Shown: positions 12,526 through 23,538 of the stretch, one piece after another
Layout: each line of letters starts with the position of its first letter
How positions within the stretch are numbered: the stretch's first letter is position 1
Assembly (NCBI GenBank): GCA_963849325.1
Contig: CAWKHF010000002.1
Location: 576,001-640,000 of the forward strand
Direction of reading: 5' to 3'
Length of the DNA: 64,000 nt
From: an uncultured Planctomycetota bacterium
GTDB taxonomy: Bacteria; Planctomycetota; Planctomycetia; Gemmatales; Gemmataceae
The notes under the pieces: generated by a model
What the model was told of the DNA's origin: nothing
Databases searched by the model: none
Seen by the model: only the letters and a program-made list of their open reading frames with translations
Made by a program: the position numbers and the translations under genes

Positions 12526-13577
12526 GGCTGGCTGCTCTTTCCTTGCGGTCGGGTGGTCGGGACGGACTCGGACGGCCTGGGGTTGCCGCCGGGCGGCACC
12601 TTGGGGGCGTCCAGCGGCGGCTGCGCTTCCTCGTTGCGCACCGGCGTCTGTCCGGGCCGCAGCGACTTGATGAAGGCGAGAAGCTGGATCAGTTCCTCCT
12701 CGTTGACCTGCCCTTTGAAGGTCGGCATGATCGGCTCCCAACCCTGCACGACCTTGGACTCCGGATACAGGATCGACTCGCGCAGATAGCCGTCGTCGGC
12801 CACGACCGTGCGGCCGTCGCGGAGGTTGACCCTCTGGCGGAACAGTCCCTCCAGCACCGGGGCGCGGGCGCCAGCGTCGGCGCTGTGGCAGGTGATGCAC
12901 TGCAATTTGAGGAACAGCTTGCGGCCTTGCAGGGCCAGCGATCCCTCGGCGTGGCTGTTGAGCCAGTCCGTGTACTCCTCGCGTTCCTGGACGACCACTG
13001 TGCCGACCATGTTGGAATGACTGGTGCCGCAGTATTGCGAACAGAACAGGTGGAAACGTCCCGTCTTGGTCGGCTGGAACCACGTCTGCACGTAACGGCC
13101 GGGGATCACGTCGATCTTGGTGCGGAAGGCCGGGACGAAGAAATCGTGGATGACGTCCTCGGAGGTCAGCGTCAGCTTGACCGGCCGACCGATGGGGATG
13201 TGCAGCTCGTTGATCTCGCGCTGGCCGTCGGGATGCTGGACCTTCCACATCCATTGCTTGCCGATGACGAACACCTCCGGGGCATCCGCCGGCGGCAGGG
13301 CCACCGAGGTGTAGACGCTCGCTCCCCACAGGAACATGATCAGAAAGACGAACAGCGGCGCGATGGTCCAGAACCATTCGAGCGGATCGTTGCCGGTGAT
13401 GCGCGGTGTGCGTTCGTCCTCGGCCCGGCGGCGATAGCGCCAGGCGAAGAAGAGGAGCAAGGCCGCGATCAGTACGGCCATGGTGCCGGTGACGGTGCAG
13501 AGGAAGAAGAACAGCGCGTCCACGCGCTCGGCCGTGGTCGAGGCTTGTTCGGGAAAAAGGGGGATCTCGGCGAACAT
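12522..13577 (-). CDS. ctaC: cytochrome c oxidase subunit II with fused cytochrome c domain
   Basis: DVIH, CuA motif CSQYCGTSHSNM, C-terminal CITCH. Confidence 0.95.
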
Positions 13578-14483
13578 TATTCTCGCACCTTATCGTTTGC
13601 GGAGCGGATGCCCTCTTCGCCGCCCCCCCTGGGATGAGGGGAGAGCGGAGTGAGAAAACCCGACGCTGCCAGAAGCTTGCTCTTGAACCGCTCGCGCCGC
13701 CACGCCAGGAACAGGACCGCCCCTAACACGATGACCGTGAGGACGCCGGCCGCGCGGACCAGGTTCAGCGCCGTCATCGTGTACTTGCCGGTTTCCGGGT
13801 CATAGCGCAGGCAGAACAACGTCACGCGATCGATCACCGGCGTGCCGATCTTGTGCTCCGACGCCTCCACCAGCCCGAGGCGAAGGTCGCGCGGAAAGGT
13901 CTTGTCCTGCAAACCCAGGAAATAACGGGCCACTTTGCCTGCCGGCGTCAGGATCATGATGCAGCTAGGATGGGCGAACTGGTCGAACTTCGGATCGTAG
14001 CGGAACTGGAAGCCAACGGCGTTGGCCAGGCGCAGGATGGGCTGCTGCTGGCCGGTCAGGAAGTGCCAGCCTCGCTCCGCGCCGGGTCGGCCGTACTCCT
14101 CGACGTAGAATTTCTTCTTGGCGGCGGCCAGCTCCGGCGTCTCGCGGTCGTCGAAGCTGACGGTCAGCACGTTGAACTCGTCGCCGACGTTCCACGGTAC
14201 GCCGCGCAGGCCGCGGACGAGATCGTTGAGCACCTGCGTACACAGGCGAGGACAGCGGAAGTAGGCCAGCACGAGGATGGTCGTCTTGCCGCTGGTGCAG
14301 TCGGCCAGCGTCACGGCCCGACCGTTCTCGTCGCGGAATTCCAGGTCGAGCGGCACTTGGGCGTTGAGCTTCTGGCGCAGACTCACCTCGCGCAGAATCG
14401 GCGGCGCATCGCCTTCATCGGAACGGGCAGCCCCAAGCGAGGAGGGCCGTGAGCGTGCAGGCCAGTATCACCATTCGCTTCAT
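13577..14483 (-). CDS. SCO/SenC family copper chaperone, frameshifted near the N-terminus
   Basis: YFRCPRLC (CxxxC), FAH, C-terminal TM helix; signal peptide MKRMVILAC. Confidence 0.88.
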
Positions 14484-15300
14484 GGCTTGTCCTCCCCCGA
14501 TCCGCGGCCGGAGTTGGAGCGAACCGGCGGTGCGATACGGCCGGCGGTCTTTTTCTTGTCGGTTGGCCGGAACTCCTTCGATTGGAGGACTTCCGCCATC
14601 GCCGCCGCCACGGGGATGTGGGCCACTTCCTTGCCGCGGTCGGCCCAGCCGTAGCGCTCCATCTCCACTTCGGCCCACTGCCGCGCCGCCGCCACGTTAC
14701 GCGGCTCCAGTTTGACGACGATTCCGCGCTCCGTCTTCGACTCGTGCGGCAAGGGCGTCGACTTCTCGCCCTCCCTCTTCTCGGGAGGGCTGGAGATGGA
14801 CGTCACAACGCCGAAGCCACCCTCCACGCCGCCGGGCATGTGGTAGGTGACGCTCACGGCCTGTCCCTCGCGCAGATCGAAGAGGCGAGCGTGCTCCTTC
14901 CGCCGATGCGGACGCGGGCGCCGGCGGCGACGTAGAACCGCTGCTCCTCATGGGCGTCCGTGCGGAGGACGAGCAGAGGACTCTCGCGCTCGATGCCTTC
15001 CAGGTGCGGCGGCGGCACATCGAGCAGACGTTCGCTCAGCGGTCGGCGGGCATCGTCCAGCGCCAGCGACGACTCGCCCTCCAGCGGGGCGGCGTTGTGG
15101 AACTTCTCGTGTACGAGCAACCACCACACCGCCAAGTGGATGACCACGGCCGTGACGAACAGGCCGACGGCGACCCGCAGGACGAGCCGCAGGCTGAACT
15201 CGCTTCGTTCGTGGGCTACGCCGGGCGTGCGCTCTGCGGCGGCGCTCGGCGGCGGCGGATGCGAACCGAGCGACGGCGCCGCCTGAATGTGCTCACTCAT
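14480..15300 (-). CDS. membrane-anchored hypothetical protein in the ActG position, probably one frameshifted gene
   Basis: ORFs 14854..15300 (HE.SE...TM helix) and 14480..14857 (YGWADR...HIPV..AM) coupled between actF and SCO. Confidence 0.6.
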
Positions 15301-16532
15301 CGCGCAGGGCCTCCGCCAGGTTGGGGTCGTTGAGCGGCAGCAGCGGCCGACTCCGCAACTGACCGAGAAACCACCACACGCACAGGCCGCCCAGGCCGAC
15401 CCAGGCCGACACGTCCAGCAGCCAGTAGAAATGCTCGCCCTTGTGGTCGAACGCCGGCTCGACCCACCAGAACATATCGAGGAAGCGCATGGCCAGCAGG
15501 CCGACCGCCACCGCCAGCAGACGCCGCCGATGCTCCTTGATGTCGCGCAAGAGCAGCATCAGGAACGGCAGGCCGAAGTGACAGATGGCGATGACGATGA
15601 CGACGTACTGCCAGCCCTCGCGGCTGCGGCGCAGATACCACGGGATCTCCTCGGGCAGGTTGCCGACCCAGATGAGCAGGAACTGCGAGAACGACATGTA
15701 CGCCCAGAACATCACGAAGGTCAAAAGCAGGCTGCCGAAGTCGCGCAGGTGCGTCGGCGTCAGCGCGCCGGCGAACGGTGGACGGTCGGCCAACAGCAGC
15801 AGCACCGCCAGGGCGAAGGCCAGGCCGTTGAGCAATTGGCCGACGGCGAACATGACCGGGTAGATCGTCGAGTACCACTCCGGTTCCAGCGACATCACCC
15901 AGTCGATCGAGGCGAAGGTGATGGTCAGGGCGTACACGACGATGCCGGGCGCCGCGAGGTTTTCGCAGCGTTCGAGCAGACGGCCGTTGCCTCCTTCGTC
16001 CTGCTGCCTCGACCAGCGGCGGAACAGCAAGGCCAGGCCGATCCAGCAGGCGAAGTACAGGACGGTCTTGCCGACCACGAAGGGGGCGCTGAGCCAGACC
16101 GCCTTGGTGTGCAGCTTCGCCTCGGTGGGTACGGATGGTCCACTGCCCGTACTCGTAGACGTAGGGCAGGCCGCACAGCAGAGGGATGAACAGCACGGCC
16201 AGCAGCGGCAGTGTCCCGGCCGCCGCTTCGAGGATGCGCCGCAGCAGCAGCCCCCAGGCGCCGCCGGTGACGTATTGCAGCATGAGGAACACCAGGCCGC
16301 CCAGGGCGCTGCCCAGCCAGTAGTTGTAGCCCACCAGGTACGACAGAAAGAACTGCTTCGGCGCACGGATGCCATGAGTCAACCACAGGAGGACGCCGAG
16401 CAGCGCGAACGCGGCCAGTCCGCCGCCGGCGGCGTACAGAGCGGTGCGACGCAGGCGGTCCCACTCCGCGCCGCTCAGCTCGGCGCGGGCGCTGGACTCC
16501 AGGCTGGTTGCCGGGGTGATGGCGCTGCTCAC
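15297..16532 (-). CDS. actF: alternative complex III subunit ActF, frameshifted
   Basis: DWVMSLEPEWYSTIY, HLRDFG.LL, FWAYMSFSQFLLIW.GNLPEE. Confidence 0.9.
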   Translation of the reverse strand: MSSAITPATSLESSARAELSGAEWDRLRRTALYAAGGGLAAFALLGVLLWLTHGIRAPKQFFLSYLVGYNYWLGSALGGLVFLMLQYVTGGAWGLLLRRILEAAAGTLPLLAVLFIPLLCGLPYVYEYGQWTIRTHRGEAAHQGGLAQRPLRGRQDRPVLRLLDRPGLAVPPLVEAAGRRRQRPSARTLRKPRGARHRRVRPDHHLRLDRLGDVAGTGVVLDDLPGHVRRRPIAQRPGLRPGGAAAVGRPSTVRRRADADAPARLRQPAFDLRDVLGVHVVLAVPAHLGRQPARGDPVVSAPQPRGLAVRRHRHRHLSLRPAVPDAALARHQGASAASAGGGGRPAGHALPRYVLVGRAGVRPQGRAFLLAAGRVGLGRPGRPVRVVVSRSVAESAAAAAQRPQPGGGPAR

Positions 16533-16544
16533 GGTCGCTCCTCT

Positions 16545-17256
16545 TCAGCGGCGCTTCGCGCGGACCTTGTTGCGCTCGCCCTCGGACAGATCCTTCAGCG
16601 GCGCCCACTGGCTCAACTGCAAGGCGCGGACGTAGGCGATGATCTTCCAGCGGTCGTCCGGCGGGATCTGGCTGGCGTAGTCGGGCATGCCGCCGAAGCC
16701 GCGCGTGATGACCTCGAAGAAATAGCCGATCGGCACGTCGCGTAGCAGCACCTTGAGGCCGCGCCGCTCGAAACCGCGCGAGTAGTCGGTGTGGTAGTTG
16801 GGCGGCGGCAGGTAGCCGCGCTCGACGATCTTGCCGTTGCCGGTGCCCAGGGCGTCGTGGCAGACGGCGCAGAAGATGTTGAAGCGTTCGCGGCCGCGCT
16901 CGATGGCCTTCTGGTCGATGGCGATGGGGCTGACGTCCACGTACTCGGCGAGGATAGGTCCGGTGGTGAACGGCAGCAGGGCGGCGAAGGCGTTCATGGT
17001 CGGATTGCCGATCAGGGCCACGGCGCGGGCCGTGTCGGCGTGCGTCGGACCCTTGCGGTAGGTCAGGATCGCCGACTCGGCGAGCGGCCGGCCGCGCGGC
17101 ACGGTGCCCTCGACCAGTGGCCGCGACGATCGGCCATCGTCGAAGAAACCGCTCGGCTCCAGCGGCCGGTAGTAGGGCTGGCGCGCCATCTCCTGCTGAC
17201 AGGCCGTTGTCAGTAAACAGAGAGGCAGAATCGCGCGTAAGCCGCAAGCGGCTCAT
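16545..17256 (-). CDS. actE: alternative complex III monoheme cytochrome c lipoprotein ActE, frameshifted near the N-terminus
   Basis: TAC lipobox then MARQP, CAVCH, G.MP.Y, DRWKIIAYVRALQ. Confidence 0.88.
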
Positions 17257-17789
17257 TGGGGCACCTCCGACACTTCGCGCGGGTTGAGTCCGGTCAGGAA
17301 CTGGTTCGTCGCCGCGCGGTCGAAGCGCGGGTCGCCGGCCTCGATGCACAGGAAGAAATGATCGCGCGTGGCCAGGGCGAAGCGCGGCACGTTGAACAGT
17401 GGATGATACGGCATGGGCAGGCCGCACAGCGCCAGCAAACCGAACACCGCCGTCAGCGACGCGATCAGGATCGTCAGCTCGAACGTCACCGGAATCCACG
17501 ACGGCCAGCTGTTCAGAGGCCGGCCGGCCACGTTGATCGGATAACTGACGACGGCACAGTAGTATTGCAAGGCGAAGCCGCCCAGCGCGCCGACGATGCC
17601 GCCGATCAGGATCAGCATCGGCATCTTGGTCCGCCGAAAGCCGAGCGCCTCCGGCAACCCCTCAACGGGAAACGGCGTGTAGGCGTCCATGTACGCGTAG
17701 CCGGCCTCGCGGGTCTGGCGCACGGCCTGGACCAGCGCCGTCGGCGTCTCGAACTCGGCCAGCAGACCGTAAAGCCCCGGATTGGCCAT
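17253..17789 (-). CDS. actD: alternative complex III subunit ActD (DUF3341)
   Basis: DAYTPFPVEGL, GRP..SWP..IPVTFELTIL. Confidence 0.92.
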   Translation of the reverse strand: MANPGLYGLLAEFETPTALVQAVRQTREAGYAYMDAYTPFPVEGLPEALGFRRTKMPMLILIGGIVGALGGFALQYYCAVVSYPINVAGRPLNSWPSWIPVTFELTILIASLTAVFGLLALCGLPMPYHPLFNVPRFALATRDHFFLCIEAGDPRFDRAATNQFLTGLNPREVSEVPQ

Positions 17790-19206
17790 CAATGTTTCTC
17801 CTCTTCAGCGCCATCGTGATGCACGCGCGACTCCGGCAGCAGCGTCTGCATCTCCGCGATCGAGATCATCGGCAAGAAGCGGATGAACAGGAACATCAGG
17901 GCGAAGAAGAAACCAATGGTGCCGAGAAACATGCTCCAGTCCCACACGGTCGGCGAATACATGCCCCACGACGACGGCAGATAATCGCGGTGCAGGCTGG
18001 TGATGACGATGACGTAGCGCTCCAGCCACATGCCGAACAGGACGACCAGGGCGACGAGGAACAGCCACGGCGGATTGTTGCGAACGGCCTTGAACCACAG
18101 CACCTGCGGGATGATGACGTTGCTGGCAATCAACGCCCAGTAGGAGACGGCATACGGCCCAAGCACGACGGTTGGACTGAGCGTACTGCTCGTACAGGTT
18201 GCCGCTGTACCAGGCCATGAACGCCTCAATGCCGTAGCCGTAGCCGACGATCAGGCCGGTCGCCAGCATGACCTTGGCCATGTTTTGCAGATGGGCCATG
18301 GTGATGAAGTCCTCCAGGCCGTAGAACGTGCGCAGCGGAATGGCCAGGACAAGCACCATCGCAAAGCCGGAATAGATGGCCCCGGCGACGAAGTAGGGCG
18401 GAAAGATCGTCGAGTGCCAGCCGGGCAGGATGGCGACGGCGAAGTCGAAGCTGACGACGGTGTGGACCGACACGACCAGCGGCGTCGCCAGGCCGGCGAG
18501 GATGAGGTACGTCACTTCGTAGCGCTTCCAGTGATACGCCGAGCCGCGCCAGCCCATCGCCAGGATGCCGTAGACGACCTGGACGAAGCGGTTTTTGGTG
18601 CGGTCGCGCAGAGTGGCCAGGTCGGGGATGAGGCCGACGTACCAGAACAACAGCGACACGGTGCCGTAGGTCGAGACGGCGAACACGTCCCACACCAGCG
18701 GGCTGCGGAACTGCGGCCAAATCTCCATCGTGTTGGGATAGGGAAAGAGCCAGTAGAAGAACCACGGCCGGCCCATGTGCAACAGCGGAAACAGGCCGGC
18801 GCAGGCGACGGCGAACAGCGTCATGGCCTCGGCAAAGCGGTTGATCGACGTGCGCCATTTCTGGTGCAACAGCAGCAGGATGGCCGAGATGAGCGTGCCG
18901 GCGTGGCCGATGCCGATCCACCACACGAAGTTGACGATGGCGAAGCCCCAGGCCACCGGGATGTTGATGCCCCAGATGCCGACGCCGTCGCAGCAGCAGA
19001 TAGGCGATGGTGTACAGCATCACCATCGTCAACAGGAAGGCGATGGCGAAGCCGACCCACCAGCCGCGCGGCGTCCGCCGCGACAGGGTGATGGAGCTGA
19101 TCTTCTCCGCGACGGAACGGAAGGTGTAGCCCGGCCCGATCACGGGAGGTCCGCCATGCTCGGACTGGCCCGGATGGGCCGGCGGTGGCGCGGTTTCCTG
19201 CGGCAT
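17789..19206 (-). CDS. actC: alternative complex III NrfD-like subunit ActC, frameshifted
   Basis: [51 protein letters not shown]. Confidence 0.95.
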
Positions 19207-19208
19207 GA

Positions 19209-22200
19209 CTAGGTCTTCTTTTCGAGTTCAGGGTTCGGGTTGCGCAGGGCGGCCAGGTACGTCGTTCGCGGCTGCGTGTTCAGCTCCGCCAGCAGGGCGT
19301 AATTGAGCGGTTCTTCCTTCCAGCGCTTGACATCGCTGTCCTGGTTGAGGTCGCCGAAGAGGATGGCTCCGGCGGGACAGACGGCCTGGCAGGCGGTCAT
19401 CACCTCGCCGTCGCGGACTGGCCGGCCGGCCTTCTCGGCCTCGATCTCGGCGACGCGGATGCGCTGCACGCAGTAGGTACACTTCTCCATCACGCCGCGC
19501 GAACGCACCGTCACTTCGGGGTTGCGCATCAGTTTCAGACTGCCGGTCGTGTAGTCGGCGAAGTGCAGGAAGTTGAAGCGCCGTACCTTGTACGGACAGT
19601 TGTTCGAGCAGTAGCGCGTGCCGACGCAGCGGTTGTAGACCATGTCGTTGAGGCCGTCGTGGCTGTGGACGGTGGCGCCGACGGGACAGACCAGCTCGCA
19701 CGGCGCCTTCTCGCACTGCATGCACGGCACCGGCTGGAAATGGGCCGACACCTGGTTGGCGTCGAAGGGATCGTCGCCGGTGAAATAGCGATCGATGCGC
19801 AGCCAGTGCATCTCTCGGCCGCGCGTCACCTCTTCCTTGCCGACGACGGGGATGTTGTTCTCGGACTGGCAGGCGACGACGCAGGCAGTGCAGCCGGTGC
19901 AGGTGGTCAGGTCGATGGCCATCGCCCAGCGTGCGCCGTTGTAGGGAAATTCCTCGCGGGTCTCCGGGTAGAGAGTCAGCGGCACTAGGCGATCGTCGTG
20001 CTCCTCTTGCTTGTGCTCGTGGTCGTGGCCCTTCTCCTTCGGCCCGGGGACCAACTCGAAGACCTTCTTCTCCTTGGTCTCCGCGATCTCCAAATCCTGG
20101 GCGAAGCGAGGGTGTTCGTGGAAATGGCCCAGACGAAGCCGTGCGGATGGGCCGGCGCTCGTCCATGTTGTGGTGCATCTGCGTGCAGGCGATGATGTGC
20201 TCCGCACCCTGTATCTTGCGCACTTCCAGGCCGGAGCCAAACCAGGGAGCGTCTCCGTGGTGCGAAGGGCGTAGGCGTTGAAGCCGACGCCGTTACCGAC
20301 GTGGCCGGCGCGGCTGCGGCCGTGGCCGAGGTGGACCGTGACGGCGTCGTCGGCGTGGCCGGGTTGAATCCACACGGGCACCCGGAGCTTGCCGCCGCGG
20401 TATGTCAACTCGACCATGTCCACGATGGCGTGGCCGTGTTCGCCGCCGGAGGAGCCGAACGCCGACGACGAGCCGCGGACGTAGTCGATGCCGAGCGCCT
20501 TGGCCGTATTCGGACTCATAAGAGCGGCATTATCCCAGGTGAGCTTCGTCACCGGCTTGGGCAACTCTTGCAGCCAACCGTTGTTGGCGAAGCGGCCGTC
20601 GAACAGCGTCGGGTCGGGACGGAAGACAATCTCGAACTTGCCTCCCGCACTAGCGCTTCGGGCTTGCGCGCAGCCTTGGCGGCGCGATCTGCCCAGCCCT
20701 TGCTCGGCTCACGCTTGGCGGGCGTGGGGGCGGTGTCCGCGATGACGCCCTCTTGCAATGACTGCTGCCAGAACGCCTCGAAATCGCCGGATCTCTTTTG
20801 CTCGTTCCACCTGTCGCGCCAGTGTTCGCGGACAATGTCCCGTCCCGAGCGCTCCGGCGCTTCACTGAACGCGGCGAGCAATTCGTGCGCGGAGCGGCCG
20901 CCGAACAGTGGCGCGATCAGCGGCTGAATGATGCCGGCGGTGCCGTCGTAGGCGCGAGCATCGCTCCAACTCTCCAGGTAGTGCGTCTCCGGGACGTGCC
21001 AGTCGCACAGGTCCGCCGTCTCGTCCTGATACAGCCCGAGGTGGATGCGCAGCGGCACCTTCGCCAGGTGGTCGGCGAACTGCAGATCGACCGGCGCGGT
21101 GTAGACCGGATTGCCGCCGAGGATGACGAGCATCTTCACGGCGCGATCGGCCATGCGCTGGACCAACTCGGCGATGTCGCGGCCGTGATCGACCGGCTTC
21201 GCCTCGACCGGCGAGGAGTACAGGACCGTGGCGCCGACATTTTTCAGCTTGTCGTTAAGGACGTGAACCAGCGCATGCAGGCTGGCAGGCTGGCCATCGC
21301 CGGCCAGCACAATGCACTTGCCTTGATGGGACTGCAAGTCCTTGGCGAGCGGTTTCAACCAGCGACGGGCCTCGTCAGGCAACCCACCCTCCGGCTTGGG
21401 CGCGTCGGCGACCTCCAGCTCGGCGGCCAACGCCTGCGCGAACGGCTCGATCTGCGACGGCCGCAGGGCCAGGCGATGGTCGGCGACGGCGCCGGTGTTA
21501 GTCAGCGAGCACTCGACGGTGTAGAGCCGATTCATCGTCAGCTCGTTCGGCGGTGTTTCCTTGTTCCGTCCCTTCGTCCGCACGCGGCGGCGATCGGTGT
21601 AATCGCGCGTGTAGCGCAATGTACCGGGACAGGCCAGCAGGAAGTCGGCGTCCAGCGACAGAACGACGTCGGCCTTCGTGAAATCGTAGTGCGTGTTGAC
21701 GTATTCCTCGAACGCCAGTTTCGCTCCCTCCAGCACGGCCGAACGGCCGGCCGGCTCGTACTGATACCATTTCGCCTTCGGGAAATGGTCGTTGTCGAGA
21801 AGCTCCGTCAGCTGGGCGTGCAGCGTCGGCGAGGTAACGCTGCCGGTCAGGATGCACAACCCCTCGCCGCCCTGCGTTTTCAGCTTGTCCAGCGCGCCGC
21901 GGATGGCGGACAGCGTCTCGTTCCAGGCGCGCGGTCGGCCACGATACGTTACCGCCTGCGAACGGTCGGGATCGTACAGGCCGAGGATAGATGCCTGTGT
22001 CAGCAGGTCGCTGGAGCCACGGCTGGCGGGATGGCTGGGATTGCCCTCGATCTTGGTTGGCCGGCCCTCGTGGCTCTCGACGAGGACGCCGGTGGCGATG
22101 CCGGCCAGCGGCATCGACGTGGCGAAGTACAGCGGCTTGCCCGGCACAATCGCCTCGGGTTGCCGCACGTAGGGCATGATCTTCTCGCGCGGCGCCGGCT

Positions 22201-22396
22201 GTGTCGAACAACCGTTCAGTCCCATCAGGGCCAGCGACGCGCCCATGAGCATGAGGAAGCGCCGCCGCGTCACCGGGTCGGTCCACTCCGAGGCCTGCTC
22301 GGGGAACTCGCGGTGCAGCATCTCCTGGAACTGGGGCGTGTCCAGAAGCTCTTCCAGGCTGCGCCAGTAGCGGCGACCTTCCGAATCGACTGACAT
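19209..22396 (-). CDS. actB: alternative complex III ActB (molybdopterin-oxidoreductase-like + Fe-S domains, Tat signal), frameshifted
   Basis: YWRSLEE, TRRRFL, GRPTKIEGNP.HP, CTGCTACVVAC, CMQCEKAPC, CVGTRYCSNNCPY, MEKCTYC. Confidence 0.95.
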
Positions 22397-22411
22397 GGTC
22401 GTCCTCATTTC

Positions 22412-22475
22412 GTTTAGCCGCGACGCGCAGCGGAGCGCGGAGATAGACACGCTCCGCTGCGCGTCGCGGCTAAAC
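22412..22475. repeat. REP-like palindrome family A, copy 1
   Basis: GTTTAGCCGCGACGCGCAGCGGAGCG...CGCTCCGCTGCGCGTCGCGGCTAAAC. Confidence 0.9.
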
Positions 22476-23166
22476 TCAGCGATGACACGTCGAGCAACTG
22501 GTCAACTCGTGCGGCGAGCGGATGCCGTACTCCTTGATTAACTTCTGACCGAGCGTCGCCTGGGTATAGGGATTGTCACTATCCGGGTCCTTTTCGTCCG
22601 CGGCACGTCCAGGCCATGTTGAAGACCTCGGACTTCGGCCGCACGTGGTTCTCGGGATTGCGATGACATTGCAAGCACCACTCCATCAGCAGCGTGTTCT
22701 CCTGATACGTCAGCGGCATTTCATCCACGCGGCCATGACACGAGGCGCAACCGACGCCCTTGGCGACGTGGATGCTGTGATCGAAGTACACGAAGCCGGG
22801 CAGGTTGTGGACGCGCTCCCAGGGGATCGAGCGATCGGTTCGATAGCTCGTACGCACGGGTTCGAGCATGGAGCTGCCAACCCAAATCTGCTGGTGGCAG
22901 TTCATGCACGTCTTCGTCGGCGGGATGCCGGCGAAGGCGGAGGTCTCCACGGAAGTATGACAGTAGCGGCAGTCGATGCCGAGTTGTCCGGCGTGATGTT
23001 GATGGCTGAACGGCACCGGCTGGACGAGGGCCAGGTGTGACTCGGTGACGTAGGACGAACGATAGAAGATGGCCGCGAACCAGCATAGGCCGGCGGCGAT
23101 GAAGACGGCACCGAAGATCGTCACCCGCGAGATGGTGTTGAAGCTTCGGTGAAAAATCTGCGCCAC
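22476..23166 (-). CDS. actA: alternative complex III pentaheme cytochrome c ActA, frameshifted near the C-terminus
   Basis: QPVPFSH..H; CRYCH, CMNCH, CASCH, CLQCH and terminal CSTCHR*. Confidence 0.93.
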
Positions 23167-23307
23167 GGTGTCACCTCACCCGGAGCCGCGGCGAACCGCC
23201 CCTGACACTCCGTTGTCCCTCGACCCACTTCCGCGGGTGCTGGACCCCGCTAATGATGTATGAACTCCTCGGTCTGCCAGCAACGAACCGCGAAAATGTT
23301 TAGCGAA

Positions 23308-23324
23308 TGCAAACGATGTGCCAA
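23308..23324 (-). promoter_or_regulatory. sigma54 (-24/-12) promoter of the act-cta operon
   Basis: Minus strand TTGGCAC-ATCGT-TTGCA, about 140 bp upstream of actA. Confidence 0.75.
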
Positions 23325-23463
23325 GGGCGCGACGCAGGAAGGCGCTGCGTTGGCGAGCGGCAAATGCGGAGAAGTCGAAAAAAGATGACCCTTGCGGGAG
23401 CAGCGCCATTCCCGGTTGTGAGACAAGCCCTTCCATAGCGGAGAGTCAACCGCGCGCCTATCC

Positions 23464-23532
23464 GAGCCTGAAGCGTAAGCGAAGAGGACGATAACCTTGG
23501 GTTATCGTCCTCTTCGCTTACGCTTCAGGCTC
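23464..23532. repeat. REP-like palindrome (GAGCCTGAAGCGTAAGCGAAG family)
   Basis: Near-perfect 69-bp inverted repeat right after the potD-like stop codon. Confidence 0.9.
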
Positions 23533-23538
23533 CGAAAG

